Shown: piece by piece, positions 48,782-61,948 of the stretch
How positions within the stretch are numbered: the first letter of the stretch is position 1
How the letters are laid out: every line of letters begins with the position of its first letter
Origin: Setoptus koraiensis
Taxonomy: Eukaryota > Animalia > Arthropoda
NCBI GenBank assembly: GCA_048013815.1
Contig: CM106586.1
Coordinates: 6,200,001 to 6,264,000, forward strand
Direction: 5' to 3'
Length of the DNA stretch: 64,000 nt
Program-made: the position numbers and the translations under genes
Notes under the pieces: generated by a model
What the model was told of the DNA's origin: nothing
Database searches by the model: none
What the model saw: only the letters and a program-made list of their open reading frames with translations

Positions 48782-51700
48782 GTAAACAATCGGCCTGTCA
48801 TATCGCACTGACATATCGACTTCCTGTTAGAAGCGAGCCGCTTGTTTGGGCCAACAGATATCTGGACAACAGATATCTGGACAACAGATGGCGAGACATG
48901 GAGCGCATTGGTGAATGACAATACGCAATTGTTTTGCCTGATACTTTCTCATTTCATATACTTCACATGTATTTATATATGTGATATGATTGATTCAGGA
49001 GCTTGCGAGAATGCGCAACAAGCATGGCCAGTCTATATACACTGTCTATCTGTGTGCATATACAGCCGCTCATATTAGTTAGTGCAGCCTCTAATAGATG
49101 GGCTAAAGAGCTTACAAGTTGCCTGTTACAGCAACCAAAAACCGGAGACTTGCATCGAATGGCAGAGATGGCAAGATAAAGAGATAAAGGGACAACAATG
49201 GTGCTCGACAGGCATTATTGTCTTGCCAACAACAGCATACAAATACAACGGAGCCAGCTGTGTTTGTATATGACAGCAAGCAGTGTCTTTATTGCCTTTA
49301 TTGCTGTATCGGGCCGCTGATACAGATAAAAAGGGATATAAAGGCACATAAAGGGACATAAAGGGATATAAAGCGATATAAAGCGATATAATGAGAGGAT
49401 ATAAAGAGGAGATTTAAGGAGATACAATCGCAAGATAAGGAAAACGAGCCACTGCATGTGACAGTGGCTGCTGGATACTTGCAAATACTTGACAGACTGG
49501 CGTCTACCTGATGTGTGCCTGATACATGCCTGATACATGCCTGATATACGCCTGATATACGCCTGGTGTGTGCCGGTAACAAGTGCAATTGGCGCAACTG
49601 CATCAACAAATATGATTATGAGCTATTAGCTGTGTGTGTTATGACGCAACGCAACGCAACAGTGACAGGCAACAGTGACAGGCAACAGCGACAGGCAACA
49701 GCGACACAACATCCGAACAGGTAACAGGTAGCGGCCAAGAGGAGAACAGGTAACTCAATCAGTGTGTTTAGTTAGCATGACTGGTTAGAAAGTAAAACTG
49801 AAAGTTGCAAAAGTTGCAAGTGACAGTGGAGACAGCGACAGGTATGTATGACAATTGGCAGCATGTTGCACTGTAATATTGTTGTAATATTGTAATATTG
49901 TTGTCGGCTTCAGTTTTCAGTGTGTGCGCTAATTGATCGCCATTGAGCGACACCAACCGACGACAATAACAGACAATAACAGACAATAACAGCTGACAAC
50001 TAAACAACGACACAGTAGACAAAAGTGACACTTGCAAGCTGCAGCGACACATCATATCACCGGCGACGAGTGTCGCTGCTAATTGTTGTCTGTCGCCTAT
50101 GTTTGCTTGTTGTTGCATCAGCCATCAGGTATCACTTGTTGCATAATAACTGTCACTGTCACTGAAAGCGCTATACTGTGTTGCGTAATATTGCGCATAG
50201 TGTGTTGTGCAACTGCAACAAGCGAGCGACTGAGACTGTTTGTCCTCATGGTGACACTATTTGTCATCTGTCTATCGTTGCCGCTACACTGCATGCTGTT
50301 GATTAGCATGCTGTCAGCTGACCAGCTGACCATCCGAACATGTGACCGTCTCAACATGTGACCAACATTTGACAGATCTGCCGGTTAGCCGACCGGTCAG
50401 CTGATTATGGCCAGCTGATTATGGCAGGCCGAGTATGGCCATTGGCCGGCTACAAGCAAGCGGCCAGCTGAGTTTGGCAGCTTTGTTTGCAATCACGCAC
50501 AGTCCACACATTTATACATTACATATTACACACACTTCACTAATATATAATATAATTGCGGCATTCGCCGGCCAGCTTGTCGGCACCGGCAGAGCGTCGT
50601 CGTCGGGCCGTCAAGCCGCTGGCAAGACCAACTAAGGCCAGGTAAGGCCAGGTGAGCGGTTGCGGCGAACGCATCAATCATTGGCGGTTACCGTTGCATC
50701 CGTTGACTGTGAGCGGGCTGCGATCGCAGCAAGCTGACAGCAAGCGCTACGAGTATCATGAGTTTTGAGTTGGTTGAGTTGCGTCACTCGCAGCAAAGGC
50801 CAAACGGGCATCCATGCGTGCCGAGAGTTCATCGTCGCCAAACACAACCTCTGGCCATTTTAATTTGCTGTGAGAAGATGTTTATTATTATTATTATTCG
50901 CCGCTGCTGCAGAGACACAGCGAAAGCGAAAATCTTGCCAGAGATCTGCAAGAGCGGGCCGGGCAACTGTCGGCAGCCAGACAGCGAGACAGCGAGACAG
51001 AGCGAGCTGGCCGACACAGAGCGAGCTGGCGGGTCGGCGAAGGAGCGAAACGGAGCGAGATAGCGGGCACAGACGCACAGGGTAGCGGAGGGAGAAAATA
51101 AAAGAAGCGCCAGTCTAATTGTGTAATTCTTCTGCAAATCTCAGGCCGAGCGGGCACAGCTTATATCGGTCCGTTAGGCACGCTGATTCCATTCAAATGT
51201 TGCCGTTCACCTGTTGCAGCCGACGCTAAACTTTAAGCTCACCTTTTTATGCTCATTGCACACACACACACACACTGCTCAGCAGTGACTGCTGTTGCTG
51301 GCTGGCAGTCGGCGGGCGACGTTGCGCAACTGCCGATCGCATATCTGTTGCTGTTTATTGCTCATTGCCCATTGATCGGGCATCACAGCTGACACAGCCA
51401 GCCAAGTTGATAGGCGACACGTCAACGTCTGACGGGCATCGCATAAAATCACACAGCAACAGCAACAACAACGACAACAACAACAACTACGACAACAACA
51501 ACAACTACGACAACAACAACAACTACGACAACAACAACAACGATAACAACAACAACGATAACAACAACCAACGGCCCGCAATCATCGCACACGGAGAGCG
51601 ATTAATGGGCGAAGGGGCAATCAGGAAGAGCATTATGTAATGCTCTTGTTATGCTAACTAACTAACTAACTGACAGTGTTAGCATTAGTTGGACAGTGTG

Positions 51701-54404
51701 TTGCGCGCGCCCTATCGGTGGCTTTTGTGCCAGTTTCAACCAGTTTTGGCTCGCAAGCGTGCTGAGATTGATGTCAGTATTGCGAGTTGCCGAGAGTCAT
51801 GCTAACAGTGAAAATATGCTGATATGTTTCAACTTTTAACTTTCATCTCTCTGGCCACCACCAGTCGTGTCCAATCAAACTGCAGCGCCGCTTGGTGCAA
51901 AATACAACCGCTACCGGATTATTCAATCCATTCCATTGTTTGTGCGTGTGCTACCCGTTAGCGTATCCGTTATCATAACGGCTCATAACGTTATCCGCTC
52001 AAATGCACATCAAACGGCTCAATGGCTCAAATGGCTCAAATCGGCCACTTGATGATGCAATGTGATAACACTCTCTGCTCTGTCTGACAGCCGGCCGTTG
52101 ATAGCAACTAATGTAGTGTCACATGTTGGCCGGCCACACCAACGTTGATGCTGACAGGCGCTGTCAGACGGCGCCAACAGCAACAACTGGACAACAAGTG
52201 ACTCGAGGACATTGTCGCTCATCACCATCGTCCATAATGAGTTCATGATGTCATAATGTCATAATGTCTGCCACTGGCAGTCACATGAGTGATTTCGAGC
52301 TGATTTTTAGCATTTTGACCGGCTGAATTTAGAGCAAAATCAATACATGTCAGATGTTGCTGTTGCTGTTGTTGTTGTGTATTATGTAATGATCGTATTA
52401 TGTAATGGCCATGATATTGCATCGCCATATTGTTTGCAAACAACGGCGTTGGCCACAGAGAACAATGGCCGGCTCGCCTGGCGTTCAGTTGGTTTGTGTC
52501 GAGCCAAATTATCGTCGTTATTAACTTAACTTATTAAGTCTCTCTCTCTCTGCTTTATCGCTGCTGCCGCTTATAAATAATTGTTCTAGCCGATAGCTGC
52601 CGATGCACGGCATTCCAATGCGTCCACTGGCTGCACTGACGTAATATGACGTAACTGAGTAAGTGTATAAAGAGTATATATCTCACCGATACAGTGAGCG
52701 ACTGGCCGACTGGCATCGGACAATGACTTTTGATCGAAGCCAGCGAGACACAAAAGCTGCAAAGTGTACGCAAAGAGCAAACTCACAGCCGTCGATGCCG
52801 TCGATGCCGACGATGCCGACGATGCCGACGATTCAGTCATGCACATGAACAACTGGCGGCACTGGCGAGCCACAGATAGAGCGAGAGAGAGAGCGAGAGT
52901 AACGGTAAAGAGTGAGTGAGAATTGGAGAGTTTACAGCATGTTTATATGATGAATTCTTGGTCACAGTGGCGTCAGAGGAACAATTTGCGAAACGAACAA
53001 GTTCTAAATGAACAATTTCCATGCAGCGGCCATGTGGCAGCAAAGAATTGGCAAGAATTGAGAATTTGGGAGCAAGCGATATAATAGAGATAATAGAGAT
53101 AATGGGGAGAGAGAGAGAGAAAGTCAGCGCCAGTGTGCGTGTGTGGTCAGGCCTAAACGGTTTGTGTGGCTCGAAAATTGGAAAAATTGGCAACCATGAA
53201 TAGATTGGATGAGCCGGCGTCCCTAATAGCTTTTGTTCTGGCTTTGCAATCGATTGCAGCGGCGGCAGCAGCAGCACGCCAGAGCACACAAACAACGACA
53301 AGCGGCAACAAGCGGCCCAAGAATACACACAGGTAAAAGAAGGCACATCCAAACGTCCAAAGGAACGCACATCCAAGACAGCGCACATCCAAACGAACGC
53401 ACATCCAAAAGAACGCACATCCAAAAGAACACACAGGTAAACTCAGGTGAAAGAAGAAGGCACAGAGAGCGCTCTAGTGAGCGAACAGAAAGAACTGCGA
53501 AAACTGGAAGAACACACAGGCCGCCCCCGCCCCCGCGCTTGCCAGCGGCCGCCGCAGAGCATCAGTTAGTGATGCATGCAGTAATGGGCTCGCCAACGAA
53601 GGAAAGTAATTATATTCTTGTGGGCGAGCTGCTCGCTCTTTTCCATATTTGTTGCCGTTATGACGCCACTGAGAGCCAATGAGCCAACTAGCGACAAGAG
53701 AAACTTGCGAGAAACTTGCACACTTGCCAAGCTCATTACGGTACGGACGGCTAACAGTAATAACAACAAAATGTTGCATACTAAAACTGACTGACATTTG
53801 TGTTTTGAGCGGCCGGCAATAACGCGCTTCGGCAGCAACGGCGCCGAGCGCAGTCACTGTGGTGGTCAGCGCAGTCGATACGGTCAATATGGTCAACATG
53901 TAAACAACAACCCTGCATCTGATGATGCAATCACATGTTGCATCATATCCGTTCCATTTGCATCATGCGCGGCTTTGGGCCTCGATGCAACGGATTGCGC
54001 ACCAACCAACCGCGCAACGGAAACAGCTCGCTGTCCGACGGCGATTTTCATGAGTGCCGCACTCGAGAATGCCAGCGCTTGCCGTGCCGATGATAACAAT
54101 AATAATAATAAACACACACAACTAAATCTCGGCCCAACTGGCTCGCTCGACAGCGGGCTCAGGCGTCAATCAAGCAGTTAAACAAGCCAGCGACGGCCAG
54201 ACGAGCACGGTCGGCATGAATATAAATATATTTATCCATGTTATATATTTATTTATATTTATGCTTATATTTTAGCTGTGCAAGGCAAATATTCAGGAAC
54301 TGGGCACTGGCACGACCGTTAACTGTGGCCACTTGTGCGCTGGCCAGCTAAGCGGGCGACCACAATATTCTAATTGAAGCCATTGTCATGTGCGCCAACT
54401 GACC

Positions 54405-54452
54405 AACTGACCAGCGCGCTGTTATTACGTAATGACAGCGCGCTGGTCAGTT
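54405..54452. other. 48-bp near-perfect palindrome
   Basis: AACTGACCAGCGCGCTGTTATTAC|GTAATGACAGCGCGCTGGTCAGTT; one T:G mismatch. Confidence 0.95.
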
Positions 54453-55376
54453 AGTAAACAGAGAGAATAATCTGCATTTAACAGCACTTGTTGTTGCCGC
54501 ATTAATCTAATTACGAGCCGCCTGTTGCTCGTTGCTTGTTGCTTGTTGTAATCTCTCACCGGCGCTGACCAACCAACACAACAAAGGCCAACAAAGAATC
54601 GCAATTCGCATTTTGAGCCGTTTCGCTGCGAATTTGTTTACTCTGCGCTCAACAATCTAAACTCGTTGCCCAATTGCTCCACAACAAACCAATTGGCTGA
54701 CACAACAACATGATTAGCGACCATCGCGAGCTCGCTTGCCATTTACAACATTGTTAGTTGTCACAAGTCACAAAGTTTGTAACTATCGGCGGCCATTGTT
54801 TGTTGGTCAGTCGCTCGGTCGGGACTGGACGCACTGTTAATCGTTACTAATGATTGATTTGGGCTTGGCATGCCATCGGGACGCGCACGCTGAAAATGCG
54901 AAAATGCCAAAATGCGAAAGTATGAATGTATGGAAATATGAAAGTATGAAAATGGAATGAGCAGCATAAATCACGACTCACATCGCTGTGAGTGATGCAA
55001 CAATCAATCAAATGTCCGCAACTGTTTTTGCCGCCATCCGACCGGCCAGCCAGGCCGAAACAACGCCAAGAACACGGCGACCCGGCAAAAGTAGCAACAG
55101 TCGCAAGATGCCAATGTGAGCAGTGATGCAGCAAAGGGCAAGGGGCTTTTTTGGCGGCTGTCATTGTCGGCTCGGCGGGCCGTGCAGCGCGAACAAAAAA
55201 GTCGACAACAACAAACTCTGGTTTGCGCAAAAAACCATTCCGAAAAACTTTTTCAATCAGACCCGATTTCCCACACCGCTAATCGCTGATTAACTCATCC
55301 CCGGTGCGCTGCCAGACGCGACAGCAAACAAAATTACTGGCTGGCTTCAAAAGTCAAAATTAATTAATTAACTTAC

Positions 55377-57426
55377 CAAATTGGTGCCTGTTCATGTGTT
55401 TCATCGCCAAATGGGTGCAAAAGCAGACCAAAATGGTCACCAACACTGTGACAAGTATGACCAAAAACAGCGACACTGTTGTGTAACAAACGGTGGAGCT
55501 TGCGTCGAACGCGGTTGTCGTTGTCGGACTATTGCTGGCCAATTGCACTTGCTGCTGATCACTGTTGGCCGTGCTGAGGAAGTCGCCCCGCTGACCGCTG
55601 GGCATGGAGGCCAAATCGTTGCTTTGCGAGGTGGCCATGGGATCGGCGAGGGCGATCGCGTTCGCCGATCGGCCCATGTTGACGTTCATATTCATGAGTG
55701 AATTCATGTAGTCTCTGTTGTTGTTGTTGTTGTTGCTGTTGCTGTTGTCATTGTTGCCGCCGTACTGCTGCCCGGACTGACCACTGCCACTTCCGGTCGG
55801 AATGTTGCCGCTGCTGGAGGCTGATCTGGAATTGGGGTCCATGATTGTGATTGCGTCGTTATCGCTGAAGGAATTGCTATCACTGTTAATAGTATCACTG
55901 TTGCTGACAGTTGTTACTTGAACGTTGTTGCTGCTGCTGCTGCTGGCGGTGCGATATGACGGTGTCATGGTGGTGGGCACAACGCCAATCTGCTGTTGGC
56001 GCGCCAGCGTTGTCGGCGCTGTCGCCACTGAGGGTACCGTGGGCAACATCGCGGGCTGATGCCGGCCCGCCGACATTATCGCGCCGGCCGATTGACCGCC
56101 AATTCTGTTGGCGACAGAATTGGCGCCGGCCTGCGCTGGCTGCTGCGACGCCGGCCCGTCCGATCCTGTCTCGATCGGTCGGGTCTCGGTGAGTCGGCCG
56201 GCCGGCTGGCCAGACGCGAGCGCGTTGCTTGGTCGGTGCGTTTGTTGTGGCTGCTGGCGCATCAGCACACTTATCTGACCTGAGCCCGTCTGCGGCGGCC
56301 TCAACTGGGCCTCGCGATTCGCCGCCATAATGATGGGCGGCGGAAAGGTGCTGTCAGCGGACGTCACCGCTGTCGGCCGCTGTCTTGTTTCGCGACTCAG
56401 CGGAACCTCGGCGGCCGCATCCAGCTCGGGATTGTTGTTGGCCGGCGCGTCGTTGCCCTGAGAATTGTTGTTGTTGTCCGAGCCAGAGCTTGGGCTGTCC
56501 TGTGAGCCCGCGGCGTCTTCGTTGTCCGAGGACCCGTCGGCCGAATACTCGGCACTGTTGGGCTCGTTGCTCGAGCCAGAGGCGGCACCCGACGAGCCGT
56601 AGTCATCGGGATCCGACGACGACGGCGAGTCGGCGTCGCTGTCCGACGAACCGTTGTTGTCTCTGTCGAGTTGCAGCATCTTGCCGGCGCGGCCCCGACT
56701 CACTGTGGCATTGCTGTTGCTGTTGTGATCGGTCGTTGGCGGTTGCGACAATTTGTTGTTGCTGTTGTTGTTGTTGCTGTTGTTGTTGTCGCTGTTGTTG
56801 TTGTCTGGCTTGCTGTCGAGCTGCGGCGCCTGAGTTGTGTACAATAGACTAGTTGGCTGCTGCTTCTGGTTTCCGTTGCTCGCCTGTTGCCTCTGAAGGT
56901 GCCTCAAACTGACCGTTGGCGTGAGCTCGCTGGCCGGCGCCGCTTGCCTGGCGCTGCCGGCTGATGTTGTCGTTGTGGTGTTTGCATGGGCAGTGGGGGC
57001 CGCCTGGCGCTTGCTGAAATCTCTCGATGAAAACAAAGAGTCGTAGTGAGTATTGTTGTTTGCTTGTTGTGTTTGTTTGAGTATGTCTGATGTGTTTATT
57101 TGCTGATGAGATCTGTTGCTGGTAGTGATAGCGCTACTATTTACATTTGCAGTGCCGCTGTCAGCAGCAGCCGGCTCGCTGATTGGGGCCAACATTGAGG
57201 CGCTAGCTGATGATATTGGTGGGCCCACAATGGCTTGCCGGCGAGCAAATAAGCGGCCCGCGTCGAACAGTTGATCGGCGAGCACGTTGACCGGCTCGTC
57301 GCGATGCTCGTCCTTGTATCGCCATTGGTCGGCCGGATGTTTGGCCCAGGCCAGCAAATGGCAATGGTGGTGCAATATGAGCAGTAGGCCCGTTGCAATT
57401 ATGTGATGGCATTGCACTGATTTCAT
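55377..57426 (-). CDS. Large exon: signal peptide, S/T/N/Q-rich mucin-like ectodomain and one TM helix; probably exon 1 of the PDZ gene
   Basis: MKSVQCHHIIATGLLLILHHHCHLLAWA, ~600 aa of low complexity, TM VSLFLVILVTVLVTILVCFCTHL, then TTTG|GTAAGT phase-1 donor at 55377. Confidence 0.75.
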
Positions 57427-58785
57427 GTGGCGCTGCATTCTGTCCCTTGTGTGTCGTGTGGCGTGTTGCAAATTAAATGGGTGCCGTGTTTTTATTCAAA
57501 ATATAATTATAATTATAATTTAATTAATATGTATATGTATTTATATTTGTATCAAGTATTTCAAGTGGCCAACGAGACTTGAATGGCGGCTCGATTGATA
57601 GCTAACAGAATCAATGCGATGCGTAACTAAGTGATGCGACAGTTTGCTGTTGCTATCGCCGACGTTTCAACATTTTCCGCTCTGCTTGCAATGACCTCTA
57701 GCTTGCTGGTTTGCTGCTCTAATTGATTGTTGTTGTTTGTGTTTTGTGTGTATATTGGCGCCACTCATTACATGTATTATGTTGATTACAGCAATGTTAT
57801 ATAATTATAATATTGTGTGTTATATGACATAATATGGTGATCGCTACTGTTTGTTGGCGCTGATGAAAAACTGTGATTGTGTTTTGTGTTTTGCCCTGAT
57901 TGCGCTCGCTCGCTTGTTTGCTGTCGTGATTGCGTAACGACAAATGATTATGATAGTAATGGCAATAATGCTAATATTGGGCAGAAAACAATTACGCAAG
58001 TACGATGAGTTGTTTGCTACTAATTTGAGTTTGCTAGTAATGATGCGACTTGTTGGCCGCCACTCACTCACATTGTCAATTCAATTGAGTCGACTGTTGT
58101 GATTGTCGAGCGCTATATCGTGCATGCGATCACCATGTATCATACAAATGGATATGTGATTTATGTGAATGCCTATGATGAACGCCAAATATGCGATTGT
58201 GTGGATTCACAATTGTCAGTTGCGATTCTTGTGGTTCAGCGTGTGATATCGAGTGTGTGATTAGATTGGCTAGATTTGATGGTGTCTCTTAGACGATGTG
58301 TGGCGCTGATATTGGTTTTGATGTTGCTCGCTGTGTGGTTGTCGTAATTCGGTCGGATGTAATTGTTAGCAAGTGACAATTGCGCGACGAGATATAGATG
58401 GGGACACAATGCGATGCTATGAGAATGTTTATGTAATAATAACAATATATCTTGTTTGTAATTATGAATGTAATCACTACAGGCTGGCGAGGCTAAAAAA
58501 AGATGAGAGCGCCGACGAGCACAGCGACAGTTGCAGACGATTGGTGAATGTTGTTGTCGCTGGCATGTTTTAATGCGGAATAAAACGAAATGTGAGCAGT
58601 CGCTGTGAGTCTCTCACTGTGCGAGTTGCAGCCAGTGAGAGCTGACAGCCAAACGCCGAAGCAAAAGGAAAAAACTCAGTCTCGCCACTGCAATCTGCGT
58701 CTATGTGCGCCCGTCTTGCCGCCTTCTTTGCATCGCTTTGCACTGCTTTCCACAGCAACAGCCGCTGTAAAACAACAGCAACAAC

Positions 58786-58816
<31 letters not shown>

Positions 58817-59694
58817 ACAACAACAACAGCAGCAGCAACAACAACAACAAGTGGCAAAAACAACGCTGCCTGGCTAGCGCTGGCTGGCTAACTGCGGCAA
58901 GCCAGCCAACAGGTGACTGGGCGACTCAGCGAGCGCACTGTGTGAGCCATTGTATCGTGATTATTGCCAGTATTGCAATGCTAGCCAGAGTGAGCCAGCG
59001 ATAGCTCTAATGACGCGCGTAAGTTGTAACAAGCGAGCTGCAACTTGGCCACTCCCGGCAACTCAACGCGGCGGCGCGCAGGTGAGCAACGCCAAATGAA
59101 TTTACCTGGCAGTGATATTAGCTGTGGGTGATCAGCGATCGCTAGCAACCGACAGCCGACACAGCGCATAATATAAGTAATGTGTTATTAGGCATGGCAC
59201 GGCAATAAAGTGCATCATTACCTTGTTTGTTTGTTCTTTTCGCCAACAACGACACCGACAACAGCGACACCGACAACAGCAACAGAGACAACAACAACAG
59301 AGACAACAACAACCGCCAGTGGGCTTGGCACGACCGGCAGCATCCATGGCGCGCCTGGCGCAATGGCAACAATTGATACGATGACAGCAGCAGCAGCGAC
59401 CACGACGCCAGCGAAAAGAGAGCCAAATGCTGAATATTGATACACAAATGGCCCTCGTAAACACTGCTTACAAAGTGGCTGGCAAACACTTTCACTGGCA
59501 CACTTTTGCCGGATAAGTGAACGATCTGAAAAGCAGTCTCGCCAGTCGCCAGTGGCCCATTGCGCCAGTGTCACAATGCCGGCAATGGGCATCGCGCTCA
59601 CAGTGGATCGAGTGGCTGTTGGCTGGTCTGCAGTGGAGTGCATCACCCAACAAACTTGCAACTAACACACAACTAAACACTGACACAACAACAA

Positions 59695-59701
59695 CATCAG
59701 C

Positions 59702-59751
<50 letters not shown>

Positions 59752-59765
59752 CGACAACGACAACC
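59695..59765 (+). repeat. (AAC)n microsatellite
   Basis: Direct reading. Confidence 0.95.
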
Positions 59766-61948
59766 ATCGCAAAAACTAAACAACCGCCAAGACAACAACA
59801 AATCCGGCAAACATGATACTCGACAACAACCATCTTTGCCACCTGTTGCTGCGCACACCGAGCTTACAGGTGAATGCAACACTAACACTGGCTTATGGCA
59901 CTGGCAGTGTTAGTTTGGTGAACACGACAGCCAATTAGACAAAATAATAGACGGTAATAGGAGATACACATTTGTCGGCTGCAACACGGGATTCCACTGA
60001 CACTGCAAGGGCTACACTTGCAACAGACGCAACAACAAAAGCAACAGCCAAACAGTGATATTATCAACTGAGTATCAACTGTGAAAACATGTGTGTTTGT
60101 TTGTTGTTGTTGTTGCTGCTGTGAGAGGCTGTCAGAGGCTGCTGTCGGACGGCAACGTGATATATTGTGCAATTGGCAGTATAAATCGCAAACCGTTTTC
60201 GATGGCAACAAAGGCACAAAAGGTGAACGTTGCATTTGCCATCAATGCCAACCAATTGGCCGCTTTCCGCAAGCACGCTGCTCACAATTGTCAGCCACAC
60301 GAATGCAACTGACAACTTGTTATATTAATACATCCAATAGCCAATCTCACTGGCGATGTCTCACTGGCGATGTTGCCTTTCGATTGGTCCCAAATTGCAA
60401 CTCCCAATCGCCTCACAATCGACTCAACACTGTCGAGTCAACACTATTTACTCAATACTGACTCTTGTTCTCTGCAAACACAATCCAACAAGCGCAATTG
60501 TCAATAGCGCACCATTGACTCAACATTGTCAGTGGATATTGTCGGAAAATCGCTCTCACACGTCGCATTGTCGTGATTGCAAGCGAGCTCAAACAATTAT
60601 AATACTACTCTAATTATAGAGCTGTGTCTTGGTGCGCTCATTGTGGCACTGCCAGGCCAACAGTGATACTCGATGCCAGACGTCACATTGACGTATATTG
60701 AAAATAGCATATTGCAAATAATGTATTCAAAACAGAAACGGGAATTACTGCTAATGAGTCTAATTAGGCCCACTAATCAAGAGCAACCCGAATTGGCGCT
60801 TAATTGTGTGTGCTGTCTCAATCGACCAATCGACTGGCGATTGGCAACTTACCTGAGCTTAGCAAACCTTGAAAAAGATTATCATTTTACATTTTTTGCA
60901 ACCAACATGCTCTTTCCAAACCAAGCCAGCACAACAAACAACGCAGCAAACGCATGAATAAATGGCCACGTTTCCTCATAATGATTCGCGCAAGTGCCAG
61001 CAACACATGTAAATCTTTAATTCTTTTGTAATGCACGTTCATTGCCAAATAATTGCTAATCAAAAACACTAGACACACATTTTATTCTCTATCGACACAA
61101 ATCCAAGTTTTGATCTTCATCTTGAGCTTTGATTTTCATCTTGTTTCAATTAGTAAATGATGGCCCCAGCTCACAATCATCATTCGAGCCCGCTTGGTAT
61201 TGGCTGTAATCCGATAACGATCCCATTGCAATCCACTCAGACAACTGCGTCTCTTTGCCTCCGCCAATTCACTTAATATAAACTCGATAAATGATAATCC
61301 ATATTGCAATGTCAATATCGGCCATTCGTGTAATCGAGTCCGATGATCGCCGCCACTCACAATCAGACGAATTATTTATGACATGATTAGAGCCAGCGTT
61401 GCCGGATAAATAAGCCTTTTCCACAGTTGGCTCTATTGTTCTCGTTGCCTCGTTCAATCTATTGCCACACTCCACAGCTCTTTGCAACCACACTCCCGGC
61501 CTACATGTAATGCATGTAGGCCCTGCAATGTCATTCAAAATATTGACAAGGTAAACCTCACAACAATTCAGTCAGTTTTACACGTGCTGCTCCGTGGTCA
61601 GCAGTCACTATTACATAATGTGACAGTGACTCACATAATGTGAGAGTGATATTGTTGGCCTGACAAATGTCGTGCATAAATGTTTGGTCGTCATTAACTC
61701 ATGAATAATTCAGCCGTCTGCATTGTCTGCACGCACACGATGACAGTTGCATAACTATTGAAAGCTCAACCAATTGTCAACTAGCCAACGGCAAGATGTG
61801 TCAGTGTCAAGTGACAGTGACAGTTTCTATAAATCACATTAGTCACCTGGCACACGAACAACACTAATCAATCTAGTCTGGGTCTAGGAATTATCAATTA
61901 TGAAATTGTAACGAACTAACTCAGTCACCGATAATTCAATGAATCATC

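Noticed and set aside
43100-61000. Dozens of poly-Q/T/V/C-rich short ORFs
   Set aside because: They are translations of (AAC)n, (TG)n and stutter repeats.
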